In this document: positions 38,404 through 52,119 of the stretch, one piece after another
How positions within the stretch are numbered: position 1 is the first letter of the stretch
Layout of the letters: each line of letters starts with the position of its first letter
Source: Camelus ferus
Lineage: Eukaryota
Length of the DNA: 64,000 nucleotides
Assembly: GCF_009834535.1 (NCBI RefSeq)
Contig: NC_045696.1
Location: 89,158,001 to 89,222,000 of the forward strand
Direction of reading: 5' to 3'
Position numbers and translations under genes: made by a program
Notes under the pieces: generated by a model
Database searches by the model: none
What the model was told of the DNA's origin: nothing
The model's input: only the letters and a program-made list of their open reading frames with translations

Positions 38404-40474
38404 GAAAGGCCAAGGCCAAGAGAAAGGATGTGTTCTGGGCAGAGAAAACTTCATGGGGACCAGTTCCCGGGGCGGGAAGACCCTTCATGTGTCATCTCTC
38501 ATGCTTGGGGCAAAGCCTGGATCATTTCTGTCTTCACAGTTGGGAACCTCTTGTTCATAAGCTTTAAGTAGAGTCGAGCTATGCCTCACTGTTATTCAGT
38601 TTTAAACCAAATCTGGTTCCCTGCAGGGTCTCTAACAGGTTGTGTGAATAGAGTTACCTCCATAGACCTGCTCAGTCTTTGCTTGGAGACCAGGAGAGTT
38701 CCAGCACTGTTTCCTGTCCTCTCCACCTCCACTCGCCTGACTTAGAGCGGAGTCTGCATTTCCTTTCAACTCTGAGTTGGCAGCTGGCCGACAAAAGGCT
38801 TCTTCAAGCCAGATGCTTGAAGCAGGAGAAAAGGCAATGTGAGGTGCTTTGTGTCTTTCGTTCAAATTAGGCACAAAAGGAAATAGAAATCTTTCTCCCA
38901 TGCTTGAAGCTAGAAACAAAAGGTTGGGTACGTTCAGGCCTTGAGGAAAGAATATCTACATTTCTATTTGGCCTTTTAGCTTTTCCAAGTACGTCCGCGT
39001 GCACTGTTTTGTTTTCTCCTTATTGCATTCCTGTGAGATGGGTTGAAGTTATTATTATCCCTTTTTCCAGGTGAAGAGAGGTTGACACATTGGAATCACA
39101 GGGTAAACTGGTGGTGGTGCTGAAACTGGGATCCAAGGCTTGTGATGGGAAGCGCCTCACTGCCTCACCGACTTGGGCTGGGCCAAAGGGACCCTGGGGG
39201 CAATGCTCTTGTGTTCCCTCTGACCACTTCAGATGCACTGAGAGGCCAGTTATAAGGAAAATACAGCTGGATTCTGTTCTAGGCTCCATTCTTTACATGT
39301 GAACGGAGCTCTCCAGTGCTCATCAGTTGGCTAAAGGTCCGTGCTTGGGAAAGTAAGGATAAACTGGGTTCTGAAACACAAAATGAATATATGATATTAC
39401 TTATCGGTGACCTAACTTCTATATGTAAGTTTTCTTTATAACAAGTTTTCAGTTAATTTCTCATGGCAAACTCTCTTTTTTGAATTGCTGGAGATATAAA
39501 AATCAAACCATAAATATTATGAGATATTTGAGTGAGGCCAAGAAGATCTGAAATTAGAATTCCAGTTATATCAGCTGAATGAATTTCTTTCTCACTCCTA
39601 CTTTTTAGATGGTCAGATTGGTGAAGTTAGAATAGATCTGTCAGTAGGCTGATGTACCAGCCAAATGCTCACATGGGCAGAAAAATCACATAGCATGAAA
39701 TTACAATGAAATCACTTCATAAAGATGGAATAATTTCATAAGGTGAAACATTTTTACACTCCATTATTTTAACTTGAAACTAGTAATACACTCTTTGCCT
39801 TCCTTTCATTACAAGGGAAAATTAGTTGTTAATACCACCATCTGAATATTCTCCGTAGATTAGGGTGGAGCATGAGATGCCTGTTCTTGTTCAGAGTCCT
39901 GCCCATGTCCTTACATTTACAGGGCAGCAGGACTGGTAGCACTGACCCTGAGCTGGCCATTACCCCCACCTGGGCAGGGCTGTGGACTGTCTACCCAGCA
40001 CCCTGCTTCTAATATTAAATGGCATAGGAGAACTGTCTTCCAAGATACTTGCCTTAAAAGATTGTGAATATAGCCAAATACCCAAAATTTCCCTTGACAA
40101 TTTTCATTGTAGATTTATCCAACTATGAATTTTAAAAGAGCTTTGGGAGTATAATGTTAATTTCCTTTTCATCTTTATTCTCCACTCCTTTCCTTCCTGA
40201 ACCCTTTGCTTCAATAAATGACTGCCTGAGACAGCTGCCAAGCCCCCTGCTTTAGAGATGTTGTCCCTTCCCTTTTGCTGTACCCTCCCCCTAAGAATTA
40301 TTTTTTCCCATCTCTATAGGTCAAAACCATATAACATGCACCTCCTCTCCAATGTCACCTCTCCAAAATTTATACCACCCACCCCGAAGTCCACCCTCCC
40401 CAGCTAGAAGTCATCTCTTTCTCTCTTCTCAGAATCCCCTTAATAGCATCTCTTATATGTGGCAATTCTCATTT

Positions 40475-40614
40475 TCTTCTTCTTCTTCTTCTTTTTTTTA
40501 ATTTTCTGGGGGTAGGTAATTAGGTTTATTTATTTTAATGGAGGTACTGGGAATTGATCCATGGTCTCTTGCATGCTAAGCATGTGCTCTGCCTCTGGGC
40601 TGTACCCACCCCCA
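40475..40614 (-). mobile_element. Camelid tRNA-derived SINE (Vic-1-like)
   Basis: ggtaattaggtttattt...ggaggtactgggaattgatcc...catgctaagcatgtgctct. Confidence 0.85.
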
Positions 40615-41510
40615 CTGGCAATTTCTTGTTTTCTACCTTCATATTTCAGGTGGTTGTATACATAACTTAGTCCTGGGGTTTCTAGAAATCTATTCATGGC
40701 CGTAGGCTTTGTGTCTTCTCCGCTGTGGAGCAGCAGTTTTCCATCTCTCTGTGTCCTGGCACCATTCTGACTAGTGCTTTGGGAAGCTCACCTGAGGGGT
40801 TCCTCTGCTCACACTTTACCTTCCCCCAACTGCTACATTGTTTGAATGGAACTCCTGCCTGCTTGCCTGAGCTCTAGTAGAAATCCACGAGGCAAAGTTC
40901 TCGAATGTTCCTGTCAGCACGCCATCTTTCTATAGTCCTCATTTGCTGTTAGGTCACTCTTCTTAGCCTCTGCAGCAAGGTTTATCCAGCTGACCATGAG
41001 TCACAGGACCCACTCTGTTCATCATCCCCTGGGACAGGCATCACTATACACATGGAGGCCTCAGCTGGGACAAAATGGGCAGAGTTGGGAGCACATCTAT
41101 GAAGAGCTTACAGAACTCTAGAATGCCATGGCCACATCTTTCAGGAATCTCTGCCCTGGCAACTTGAACATCATAGGCGCTGAATACATTCTTATGGAAT
41201 TAATACACCTAAGTGTATGACTATATTTTCAACATGTATCCCTCTCAAGTAACAATACCATTGTTTAGGTACCTGCAGAATGAAATGTTTTACTTATATA
41301 TTCTTTCAAGCACAAGGAGGATTGCCCCCTGGTTACAGTGACCAGGGATTTAGAGAATAAGCCTTTATTTACCTGTGTGATTTGACTCCTGAAGCCCATT
41401 TGCTCCAGCTACTGGAGGATACAATTTTCATATTTCAACTATTAATACCTCAGCCAGCCTTGGACGCTTTTGGTTTCAGATTGGTTCTTCAACCATTACA
41501 GCTCTTCCCT

Positions 41511-41842
41511 GTATCATGAGAGGGCTGGTCCCTAGAGGGTGCGTCTCCCTGTCTGGGGATTCTGGCAGAGTTCAGCCCGTGGGAGGTCGGAGTGGGGATG
41601 AGGAGAAGCCATGGTGGGGGCTTGGGCAGCTCTTGCATGGCTCCCACAGGTCTGTGGTGGGTAACCCCAGCCCCTGGGCTCCCAGGGTTGCCAATCTCCA
41701 GGCTGCCCCACCAGCTCCTGGGGGTGGGGTAGGGGGTTGGTCTTGGCTCTTCTGTGTAACCATTCTCTTGTATTTAATTTAATTCCCCCTGTTTGAAGTG
41801 CTCAGAGTGATTTGTTTTTCCGGTTGCACCTTGACTGATACA
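41511..41842 (+). mobile_element. LTR33-like ERVL solo LTR
   Basis: TG...CA termini, ending ttgcaccttgactgataca as is typical of this group. Confidence 0.6.
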
Positions 41843-42029
41843 GTGCCCCTGAACCATCTTCTCCAGCCCCAAAGATACAAAGATGACAAATTACATAGAT
41901 TCCTCTGATAAATTACAGGATTCCTGTGATTCTATAGATTGAAGGGAATAGTGTTTCCCCACTCTGTCACCTAAGACTGGAACCCATCCACATGGAGAAG
42001 ATGGCCTCAATTACAAGTGACAGTAGACA

Positions 42030-42220
42030 GTGTTGGTACTGCTCTGTGACCTTGGGCACATGATCTCTGGGTCTGCATTTTCTCATCTGCAAAATAGAGG
42101 GTATAATATTACCTACCTTATGGAACTGTTGTGAGGATTTAATGAATGAACACATATAAAGTGCTTAGAACACTGCTTGGCACACAGAGAGCTCTATATA
42201 AGTGTTAACTATTATTATTG
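42030..42220 (+). mobile_element. MIR
   Basis: tgtgaccttgggc...tttctcatctgcaaaat...aaagtgcttagaacactgcttggcaca. Confidence 0.8.
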
Positions 42221-44184
42221 AACTAAACGAGTTCATTATCTTTTCTTGCCTGTTGGTTCAGTTCTGAAAATGGTGAAGTACAAAGCTAATTTGTTTTAGG
42301 GTTATCATAACTTTATTAGATTTGTAACATGTCTTCCTGACTCAGCCAAAGACAAATGGAACCCATTAACTTTGTAGAATTTAATATTTGGCCTGAGCTT
42401 TATCACTGGCAATGCCATAAGAATTAGCCACATAAATTTGTTACTGCATTTGGAAAATGGTTGGAAGCATTATGTCTCTTATGAAATTCTCTCTTTTGAA
42501 TGATTTCTTTTAGTATTCAATCCAAAACAAAGCCTTGTTTTCCTTATGAACCTGTCAAAGCTTTCTTCTTTTTCATCATGGTAATTATGTAAATGGCCAT
42601 GAGTCCCTTTTTGCTTTGGCTGCTGGAGAGCTCAGAACTAAATTTAAAGTTTAGTTATAATATTTGTGCTAGGTTCCCCCCCCCCACCATATTTATGTTT
42701 CTGCTTTAATATAGCCTTGGTTTTCTAACACAATTTATTTTTTGTTTGATTCCATTCATATTTTGCCATTTGTATTCATGCTATGAGTTATAGTAAATTC
42801 TCTGTGGAGTAAGGTTTGACATAAATAAGTAACACTAAATTTATTCTGCAGGGGTTTTGGCACATGTTGTGAGTTTTCCATCAATACGCTATTCTGCGTC
42901 ACCAAATTCGTTTTAGAAATTAATCTCTAGGTAAAAAGTTATACTCATAGGTAACTGTATGTCTCAACATGGCCTATTTTGGGATGTAAAAAAGTGGTTT
43001 GGTTGCATGCCTCAGTTACTTTTATTTCAGAATCAGTTATAAGGGACTTTGCTCAAGTCTTACAGAGCATAAATTCTATGGGATGTTCTTGTTATTTGGA
43101 AAAAAGATTTTGTGGTCAAGTAAGTTTGGGAAATGCCCAGTTACAGAAAATGTGACTCACGGCTTCAGAGTTTTCCAAGCCTTTAATTTGTTAAGGTATA
43201 TTGTGATTCTCTAAGAGGCAAACACTGAAGGGAGCCTTTTCCCGAGCTGTACGACCAAGAAGCTCCCTCTGCAATCCTCTGCTGCTATTTTTTTTTCTTA
43301 ATTCATATTTTGAGGAGTGAGGGGTCTCTAGGATAGGCTAATTTCCATAGACTAGGTTTTCCCTACACAATTTAGATTTTTAAATGCCACTTTTTAAATA
43401 GGTCCACTAGAAAATAGGGCTGCTCACCATCAATTAAGAGCATTCCTTAGAATCAGTAATCTGGAAGATTTCTTAATTAAAAAAAATTCACTTTATTGTA
43501 ATAATGAAAGCATATTCTTTGGAAGTAAATGTACATTTTAGTGCTAGGCTCTCGCTGTTTTTACTTAAAGTCTACTAGTCTGGATAGAAATATAAAATCA
43601 ATGACCATGTCACTAATGTGACATTTAAGCTGTTCAATATCTTGGAGGCATAATTTAGTTTTAGACAGAGTCAGATTAAAAATGAGTCTAAGAATAGAAT
43701 TATAGGGATCAAGCTGTGAATATAAGAATTTTTTAAATGACATGCTTGGGAAATAAAAGTAATTACTTTTGAGCACTTTTCCATATATAAATCTCAAACA
43801 TGAGGCATAATTTTATTAAGATTGACAAGGCTAATCTATAATTAAAGGAGTTCGGAAAGATTTAACACTGATTTACTTTTTCTTAAAGCTCAACAAAATG
43901 ACTACTGTTAAGTGGAACCATCCAATAATACAGCATTCTGGCGGCCTGTCTTTGGGTCCAGGGAGTAGAGTGGTGCCAGCTCCAGAATTCTAGACTCCTC
44001 TGTTTATGTGGACATTTATTTCCAGAGAGTCCCTTTTCCAGCATGATTTCCCTACCATGATCAGAATCAAAACAGGTAAGAGAAACAAAACAGCATTTGT
44101 TTCATGCTGAACATCTGCAAAATGCTTACACGTATATCATCTTGTTTATTTTAACAAGATGGACCAGGAAAATATGGTAGGGAC

Positions 44185-44840
44185 AATTATGCTAGATGGT
44201 TAGGAATTAAAGCCATAAAATCAGACAGACCTGGATTTAAATCTGACTCTACCACTAGCTCTGGAACCTTGGGCAAGTCACCTAATCACTCTAAGCTTCA
44301 GGTTCCTCCTCTGTAAAATGGGAGTAATAATAGAATCTAATTTATAAGGTTATATGAAGAATAAATGAGTTAATCCAAAGTGCTTAGTGCATAGTAAATG
44401 CACATTAAATACATTATTTTAGATAATGTAGAAGAAAGTGAGATTCAAGAAGTGTGACTTGTTCAAGTCTACAGAAAAAGGCAGAGCTAGGATTTGAACT
44501 CTGGTCTTGTTATTCCTAGTAGGGAAAACATAAGAGCCCTGCGCGTGGGGATGGCTGCCTGCCTGGTGAGCTCCCTGCTCCCTAACAAGGTGCTAGCACA
44601 TGACCTATCATAGCAACAGTAGAGAGGGAGGCGGGAGGTGGGAGGGGAGGTTTGAAAGTGCATGAGTTTTAGAATTAGGCAGATATGAGTTCAAATCCAA
44701 GTGTTGCTACTGGAGTTGCCCAATTAGCTCAGTGAAATTGTGATTATGGTACCTCTTTTCAGGATCATGGTAAGAATTCAGTGTGATGATGTGTGTAAAG
44801 TGACTGGTACATGATAAACTCTCAATAGATGTTGGTCATT
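44185..44840. mobile_element. Cluster of MIR copies
   Basis: MIR core at 44195-44420, with further fragments at 44420-44520 and 44660-44840. Confidence 0.7.
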
Positions 44841-45504
44841 GCTGAGAAATGACATGGGGTTGGGGGTCGGGGGTCTCTGTATCAATCTGGACTGAATGGC
44901 CTCAGTCCTCACCCAATGGGGTGGAGACATAAACTCGTATTTTATCCCCTCTACTCAGATATAAAGAAAGAGATAGAAAGGCTTCTCATCCCATTATTTT
45001 TTTAACGACATTGTTTATAAACTTTATCTGCATAATCCAAAATAAAATATTAAAGCTCCTTAATAGGCTCTTAGAAGTAACATTTTGGCAGGCTCTTCAG
45101 AGCATGTTTACTGCATCTTGGGTTTGTAGTTACAGTAAGTCAATATATACTTCTAGATGTAATTTAAAGTTTACACTTAAATATTAGATGTTTAAAAGAA
45201 CACTGGAGAATGGAATATTAAATAATGCCTCACTGATGTTTGATATTAACCACTGTCGATTGGGAGTAATATAAGCATTTAGGCGTTACAAAAATGATAT
45301 CTTGGATTCCATGATCCCGGCAAGGAGCAGAAGCAGGAGGTGCTCTCTGGGGGGGTGGGGACGGCTCTACCAAGGAGGGGAAATGTAAGCTGAAGTTTGA
45401 AGGAAGAGCGGGGACAGGAAAAGAGACACTGAGAACTGTGGATTGTTATAATGTAAAGTGTGTATAACAGTTCTTAGAGTCTAAAGATTTAGCATAAATG
45501 CAAA

Positions 45505-45862
45505 CATAATGGATTAAATGCTTGTGTTACCCACCAATCCATGTGTTGAAATCCCAACCTCCAGTGTGAGGATATTTGGAGACAAAGCCTTTAGGAGGTA
45601 ATCAGGTCATGAGGGTGGAGCCCCCATGAATGAGATTAGTGCCCTTTAAAAAGGGACCTCAGAGAGCTCCCTTGCCCTCCTGCTATGGGGGTGATAAAAT
45701 GAGATCTGCAGCCCTGGAAGGGGGCCTTCACCAGAGCCCGACCATGCTGGCACCCTGATCTTGGACTTCCCAGACTCTAGACCTGTGAGAAATAAATTTC
45801 TCTTGCTTATAAGGCACTCAGACTATGGCCCTTTGTTATAGCAACCCAAAGTGACAAAGACA
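45505..45862 (+). mobile_element. MLT1A-like MaLR solo LTR
   Basis: ggtcatgagggtggagccccc...gctggcaccctgatcttggacttccca...gagaaataaatttc...tttgttatagcaaccc. Confidence 0.88.
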
Positions 45863-46009
45863 ACTAGGGCCTGAGAATACATATAACTATAAAATTGGTA
45901 GGTAATTCAATTTTTCCCCTATGGAAAATAACCATATTTCCCTTCCTCTTGCCTCTCCTCCCCACCTCCAACCGTAGTATAAGAGGAAGGCATCCAAATT
46001 CCTTCAACA

Positions 46010-46555
46010 CTGTGGCAGATTTTATTTTCCAAAGATAAGTGCATATATATATATTCCATTTCACATGCTCTTACAATGTGAAATTAACATACCTCTATCA
46101 GGATCTGGGGTACATGGTCCCTCCCCTTGAACTGACAGAATACAGCAGAGGAAGCTCTGGATGACTTCCAGGGCTGTGTCATAAAAGGTAATATGGCTTC
46201 TGCCTGGCTCGAACTCTTGCTACACTCGCCCTTGAAACTGTGCTGTAAGGAAGCTCAGGCCTCACAGAGAAGGGTCACGTAGATGCTCGAGCTGATAGTC
46301 CCAGCACGTTCCCCATAAACAGCCAGCATCAGACACCAGACATGTGAATGAATGAGCCTGGTGATGATCCTGGCTCCCCACATTACAGTTTTCCAGCCGA
46401 GGCCCTGGACATCAAAGAGCAGAGCCCGGCCAGCCTTGTGTGCCCCCTTTGAATTCCTGACCCACAGAAACTATAGAATATGAGAAATGCTTATTGTTGT
46501 CCTAAGCCTCTAACTTTAGGGTGATTTACTACACAGGTGTAGTAGTCAGAGCAAA
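46010..46555 (+). mobile_element. Older MLT1 (F/G-like) solo LTR
   Basis: tgtggcagattttattttccaaagat...gaattcctgacccacagaa...ttgttgtcctaagcctctaactttagggtg. Confidence 0.7.
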
Positions 46556-47377
46556 TGTCTCTCCCCAGTTGTTTCTGTGAATCCTTGGGGGTGTTTCAAT
46601 TGTGTCTCATGACACATCTTCACGGGATGTTCAGGTTTGTTTCCTGGGCAATGGCTGCTTCTTAAGAAGCCGTGCAAAGCCCAGTACCTTACTACTGCCG
46701 CTACTGCTAGGGCCCTAGATTTGGGAACTCAGGCTTCTTTCACCTTAGGCTCCTTCATCATCACTTTATCTGCTGATTTGCCTAAAACCAGTTGGGGTGT
46801 GGGGAAGAGCTGGAGGATCCCTTGTGGGTGGTTCTTGTGGGCCAGCCCTGGAAGTACTGTACGTTCCATTGACTGGAACTCAGTCACATGGCTATGTCTT
46901 CCTGCAGGAGAGGCTGGGAGGTGCACTCCTGCTGTGGACACTGGATTGACAGAAGGAAATGGGTTCAGTGATCAGCTAGCCGGTATCTGAGACCAGAACA
47001 AAGGCCAGATCGAAGAAGTAGCCTTTGAATAACAAAACCCTAGGGCCAGAAAGGATTCTTAAAGTCATGTAGACCATCCCCCTTATTTGGAACTTAGTTC
47101 CATTACAAATCAAAGCAAACAAGCTTCATGACACTGTGGGAGACCCAAAGTGGAACCCAATCCTGCTGTGGCTCTGCGTCTGCCCGGAAGGAGGGCACAG
47201 TGTAGGGTGGAGGAAGAGGAGGGGGCAGGTGTATATATGGTCAAATGTAAAGCAGATGGATGCTTGCTAGAAGACACGGAACGTTTCAGAGTGGTTTGGC
47301 TTGAGTAGTAGTAGTCTATGGGAGCGTAAAGGTGGTACTGTAAAGCTAGGAGCAGTTAATAAACATGAGCTTTAGAC

Positions 47378-47888
47378 ACATGGTTCTTAAAGTGTGGTTC
47401 CTGGACCAGCAGCATCAGGCTCACTTGGGAACTTGTTAGAATTGCAAATTCTCAGGCCCCTTCCCAGATCTACTGACTGAGCCTATCAACATGTGTGTGT
47501 GGGAGGGTATAGCTCAAGTGGTAGAGTGCATGCTTAGCACGCATGAGGTCCTGGATTCAATCCCCAGTACCTCCATTAAAAAAAATAACAAGTAGACCTA
47601 GTTACCTCTGCCCTGCAAATAAAAACAAACAAACAAAACCCCCTGTGTTTTATCAAGCTCTCCATGCGATTCTAATAGATTTTTGTTTTAGATTTGTTTG
47701 CAAGGGAGACGGTATAGCTCAACTGATAGAGTACATGCTTGGCATGTACGAGGTCCTGGGTTCAATCCCCAGCACCTCCATTAAGTACATAAATAAACAA
47801 ATAAACTGAATTACCTCTCCCTCAAAAAGAATCATGAATGTAGATTTGTTCTCAAATCTAAGTCTAAATCTAAGTTTGCAAACCACTG
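47378..47888. mobile_element. MER5A hAT MITE interrupted by two Vic-1-like SINEs (47500-47640 and 47704-47830, both +)
   Basis: MER5A termini catggttcttaaagtgtggt and aagtttgcaaaccactg. Two complete SINE bodies lie inside. Confidence 0.85.
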
Positions 47889-50800
47889 TTTTAGAGCAGA
47901 TCAGCTCTGCAGACTTTCTTTTTTTGACGTTCAGATTTGTAAAACATCCTAGACTATGACTATTTACCCATTTTTCCCATGTTTATTCCACTGTTATAAG
48001 AATATTTCATAATCAAGTATTACTAGTGTCTGAAACCTAAAGAAATTGTGTAAGTTGTATGGGTGTATTTTCAACAGTTTTCCAAACTGTTATTTATTAT
48101 TAGTACGATATTCTTTGGGGCCATGAAAGCATTTTCAATCTAAAGATGAGTACTTAATTGCATGGTTGGTCCTTGATGGCGGTTGTACACTTTCATTTTG
48201 GAACTGGAGTTCCTCTGGCTGGGAAAAAAGAGCGAGTTCACAGTTTATTTAGAAAGTAAAAATAAAAGTTTTACACTTTCTTTAAGTTTTCATTTTTCAT
48301 TTTTGACAGTGTTAGACAGGAAGCAGCCAATCAGAACTCTGGAGCTATTCGGCACTAATTATCCTTCATCTGCTAATTTCTAAGCAGGAAAAATATGATT
48401 GAAATGAGTTTCCGCACAGCTGTTGATTAGGCTTAATGGCAAAGTAATCATCATAAAGCTAATAATCAGAGCAGAGCTAACATTTGGAAAGTTATTGTTG
48501 AGTAACCAGGCGGCTATAAAAGCCAAAAATGACATCCAACTAACTAGAAAACTACACCCCCACACACATACTTTTTTTTTTGTCTGCAATTCAACATCAA
48601 TTAAAGAGAGAAAACTAAGGTCAGTTAATTACATCAATTTTGAGGTCAACTTTCAACAGCCCCAAGCTCCATGATAAACAAACCACAATATTGAAAGCTT
48701 GTTTTTTGAAAAATCAATAAAAAAACAGCCATCATACTAGGAAAAGCTGCAACACATTTAACAACATGTCAATAAATTCTAAACAAGCCTTGTGCTTTGA
48801 TTAGCTCAAACCCCGTTACCTGCCCTCCCTGCCCTCTACTGTGCATTCCCATTCCACTCAGGCAAGTGTGCCTGTGGCTTGGTAATGCTGCCATTGGACA
48901 GCTACTACAGACCTCTGCCGAGCAGTTCTTTGTAATTGTACAGCTCCCGCTGGAAAACAGAGATTAATGAGCTCACAAATGGGACAGCACGTAATTTCAG
49001 ATCTTGGGGATGATAACAGAGATGTTTAGGATGCTTGGTAGCAGAATCACTTTCTTTCTTATATTCGTCATCCAGAGGTCTAAGGTCAGTGGCATAAATG
49101 GAAAATTGGGCAAAGGTGAAGGTACTCCAGAGTAAGAGCAAACGGGGTTCTTGGCTTGTCTTTCATTGTGATCCTGATTGAAGACCATTGGACAAGATCT
49201 GTTAGGATTTTAACCGCAGTCCATTAGAAATCATTGGAGAGCTAAGGGTGAAAAAAGATAAATGTATGTACTAAGGAGGGCTGGTTAGATGCCCAGTGGT
49301 AGAGGAAATTGTGACACACGGTCTTTATGTTTACAGTTACAACATCCTTTGTTTTCTTTCTACTTTCACTTCTTACTTTCTTTTTCTTTTTATGATTTAA
49401 ATTCCTTAGAATTCTCTCCCATTATGCTGGGTGGAAGCACTGGATTTCCTCTACCAAGTGAACTAAGATATTTCCTGTTATGTCAAGTCACCTGGGCAAA
49501 TTTTTCAACATAACCACCCCTACACTCCAACATCCTTCATTTAATTTTTCCTGTAAAAATAAATACGCACTTTCAAAAGCCACTGAGCCCCCAATACTCT
49601 GGCCAGCCACTGCTTTGAGGCCATCCAGATGCTCTAACACGTGATTTTATGTTTTCATGGAAGAAGGCTGAACATGGATTGCAAAGTTTTCTATCCCCTT
49701 TCCCATCATAAGAACATAACAACTCATTAATCTTAATTCCTCAATAGATATTCCAAAAAATTCCTTCTCATGTGGGTAAAATTCCATAATATTAAAGTCA
49801 GTACTTTGCAGAGGCATGCACCACAAGACTTTACGTCCAAGGAAACTCCGAATTTCTAGTGCTATGAGTGTTGGTCACTTTGAAGGGACGAGGCATGGTC
49901 AATTTTGAAACTTGCATTGAGATGTAGAAGCTCTGACTGTGGGGAGTTGGAGGGTGAAGACTCCACTGGGAGGAGCATAAACAAAGGTGACAAGATGATG
50001 GGCACTACAGTGGGCATTGAATTAGCAGGAGGCAGGCAGGGGGTTTTCTTGAATGATATTGGTCAATGTTTCCCCTCAGTTCTGCACACAAGCTGTGGGC
50101 CTCATAGCCTTCCCTCTGGGCTACATTCAAAGCCAAGAATTGTGGTTCTCCAGGACCAGATGGATGTTCAGGCCCCTCTGCATTCTTAGTTCCAGAATGA
50201 TAGTGCCCAATTACTCCTTAGCCCCCCTTTGGAGTTGGTCTACTTCCCTGGCTGGTGTGGGATTCCCAGCAGTGACTCAAGAGGTATTCCTAGAGAATTT
50301 TATGGGATCTAAACTAGGGGAAAACCTCACCCCACATTCCCCCCTAGTTTATTCCCAGCCTCCTGTACTCCCACTCCTATATTTCAGGGTATCTCTATTA
50401 ATGTCATTGTGTAGAGTGGGTGGACTGAGGTTGACTAAGATAAAGTTACAATAATCTTGGGATACTAAGATTATTGTTTCTACTGTGTCTCATAGAAGCA
50501 CTGGAAGTTTTGCCAAAGGATGTCCAGAGGCCTCAGAACTCATCTTTGCTTCTCTCAGTCACCATATTTCAGGATCTGAGTGGGGCCTTATTTAGACTTT
50601 GCTGAATTTCCCAAATTTCACCTGCTGTAGCCCAAATTAGACTCCCTGCCTCTCCTTCCCTTGCCATCACCAGGATAAGGGTAGGAGCTGGTGATGCTGA
50701 GATATGAGGAGCAGTTGCAGGAGCTTACTTTGACTTAGTGTGGGACAGTAACTCCATGCCCATTCTCTGTGGGAGTTAGTATTAGACAATTAAGACAGTT

Positions 50801-52119
50801 GAATAGATTGATCAGATCTCACAACCCAGGCTGAGGAGGCCAAACTCAGTCATCATGTTGGTCATCAAAAGCCTGCCAGCAGATCATGAACAAGGTGGGC
50901 CTGTGGAAGAGAAAGGGAAAAGAGGAAGAGAGTCGTGGTGGGTTTATACCAGCTCTCCTTCCTCAGACTTCCATAACCTGACCTCTACTAGTCTCAGCTG
51001 AGGACCTCCCATCCTACTTTATTAGGAAAATAGAAGCCAGGCTTACAAGTCTCCTGACAGAGGGCCTGTCTTAGCTCCTGTGTCAATGGAGGACGTGTCC
51101 CTTCTCTTAGAGGTCAACGTAACCGCTTTCACCTTCTCAAGGACCTCAGCCCTTTGTTTCTCCTCTGTCTCTTCTGAATCTTCAGTGTCTCCCTCTTTAC
51201 TAGATGACTGCCACCAGCAGACAGACAGACATATCCTGAAAAACAAAGTCACCTGCCTTGAACCCGAAGTCTCTCCTGCTGCTTCCCCGTGTCTCTTTCT
51301 GAACACCAGAGTGAGCATGCGAAAGGCAGTAGGGTGACCTGGAGGAGGTAGTAAGAGAAGGAGCCAGAACCTAGTGCCTGGAACAGGTTAGATTTCTCAC
51401 CACACAGGAACGGGGGGTGATGGTGGGGACCTGAGACAAGAGTGAGCAGGTTGTGAGGACGAATGTTGGTTCCTTTAGTGAGCACCTCCTCTCTGCCAGA
51501 TCCTCTGCTAGTGCTGGTGACATAAGGATGGCTAACACTCAGACTCTTTGCCGTGAGTGTGGAAGTTGGCTATAGAAAGGATATCTAGAGAGGTGAGGAC
51601 GCCAAGACAGCAAGAGACACTGATGGCCCCCCTCCACACCCCAGCCACATAGCCTCTCGGGCCAGTCATGAATGACTGCTAGGATCATGGCCTCTGAGGT
51701 CACATTTCTTCAGAAGTTCCTGAGGTTTATGGAGCCCCTGCTCTGCACAGCTGTTTTTAGCTTCCTACCCTTGTACCCTTGAGCACACCAGGCCTTTTCC
51801 CTCGCAGCTTTGGTGAGGCTGACGGGGGTCAGGATGGTAGTGAAGTGTTGGTACAGTTTTCCGAGAGCCTTCCAATAACCTTAATCAAGTAGCTCGTCTC
51901 CAGATGGTTCTGTCAAAGTGTAGGCCCTCTGGGGAGCCTCCCACAGCAGTAAAAACACACGGCTCCTCCTGGTTTGAGTAAAAGTGGTTTAGGCACAACG
52001 GCCATTTTTAAACTAAGGAAATTGTCTCTCGCTCTGGGTCCATGCTGTAGGACTGGGGAAACCTTGAGAAGGTGAAGCGTGTCTTGTTACCACCTTTCAC
52101 ACTCTGTAGCATTTAAGGA

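Noticed and set aside
38017..38560. ORFs reading RFRVRARFRV... and LNLALTLNL...
   Set aside because: These are simple translations of the 18-bp satellite. They resemble telomeric Val-Arg dipeptide repeats only because of the hexamer. There is no evidence of expression.
47500..47830. tRNA genes
   Set aside because: The A/B-box-containing heads are followed by the SINE-specific tail (aataaa...cctaattacctccc), so these are SINE copies rather than tRNAs.
48905..49141. 78-aa minus-strand ORF with protein-like composition
   Set aside because: Non-ATG start, no recognisable family and no clear splice context.
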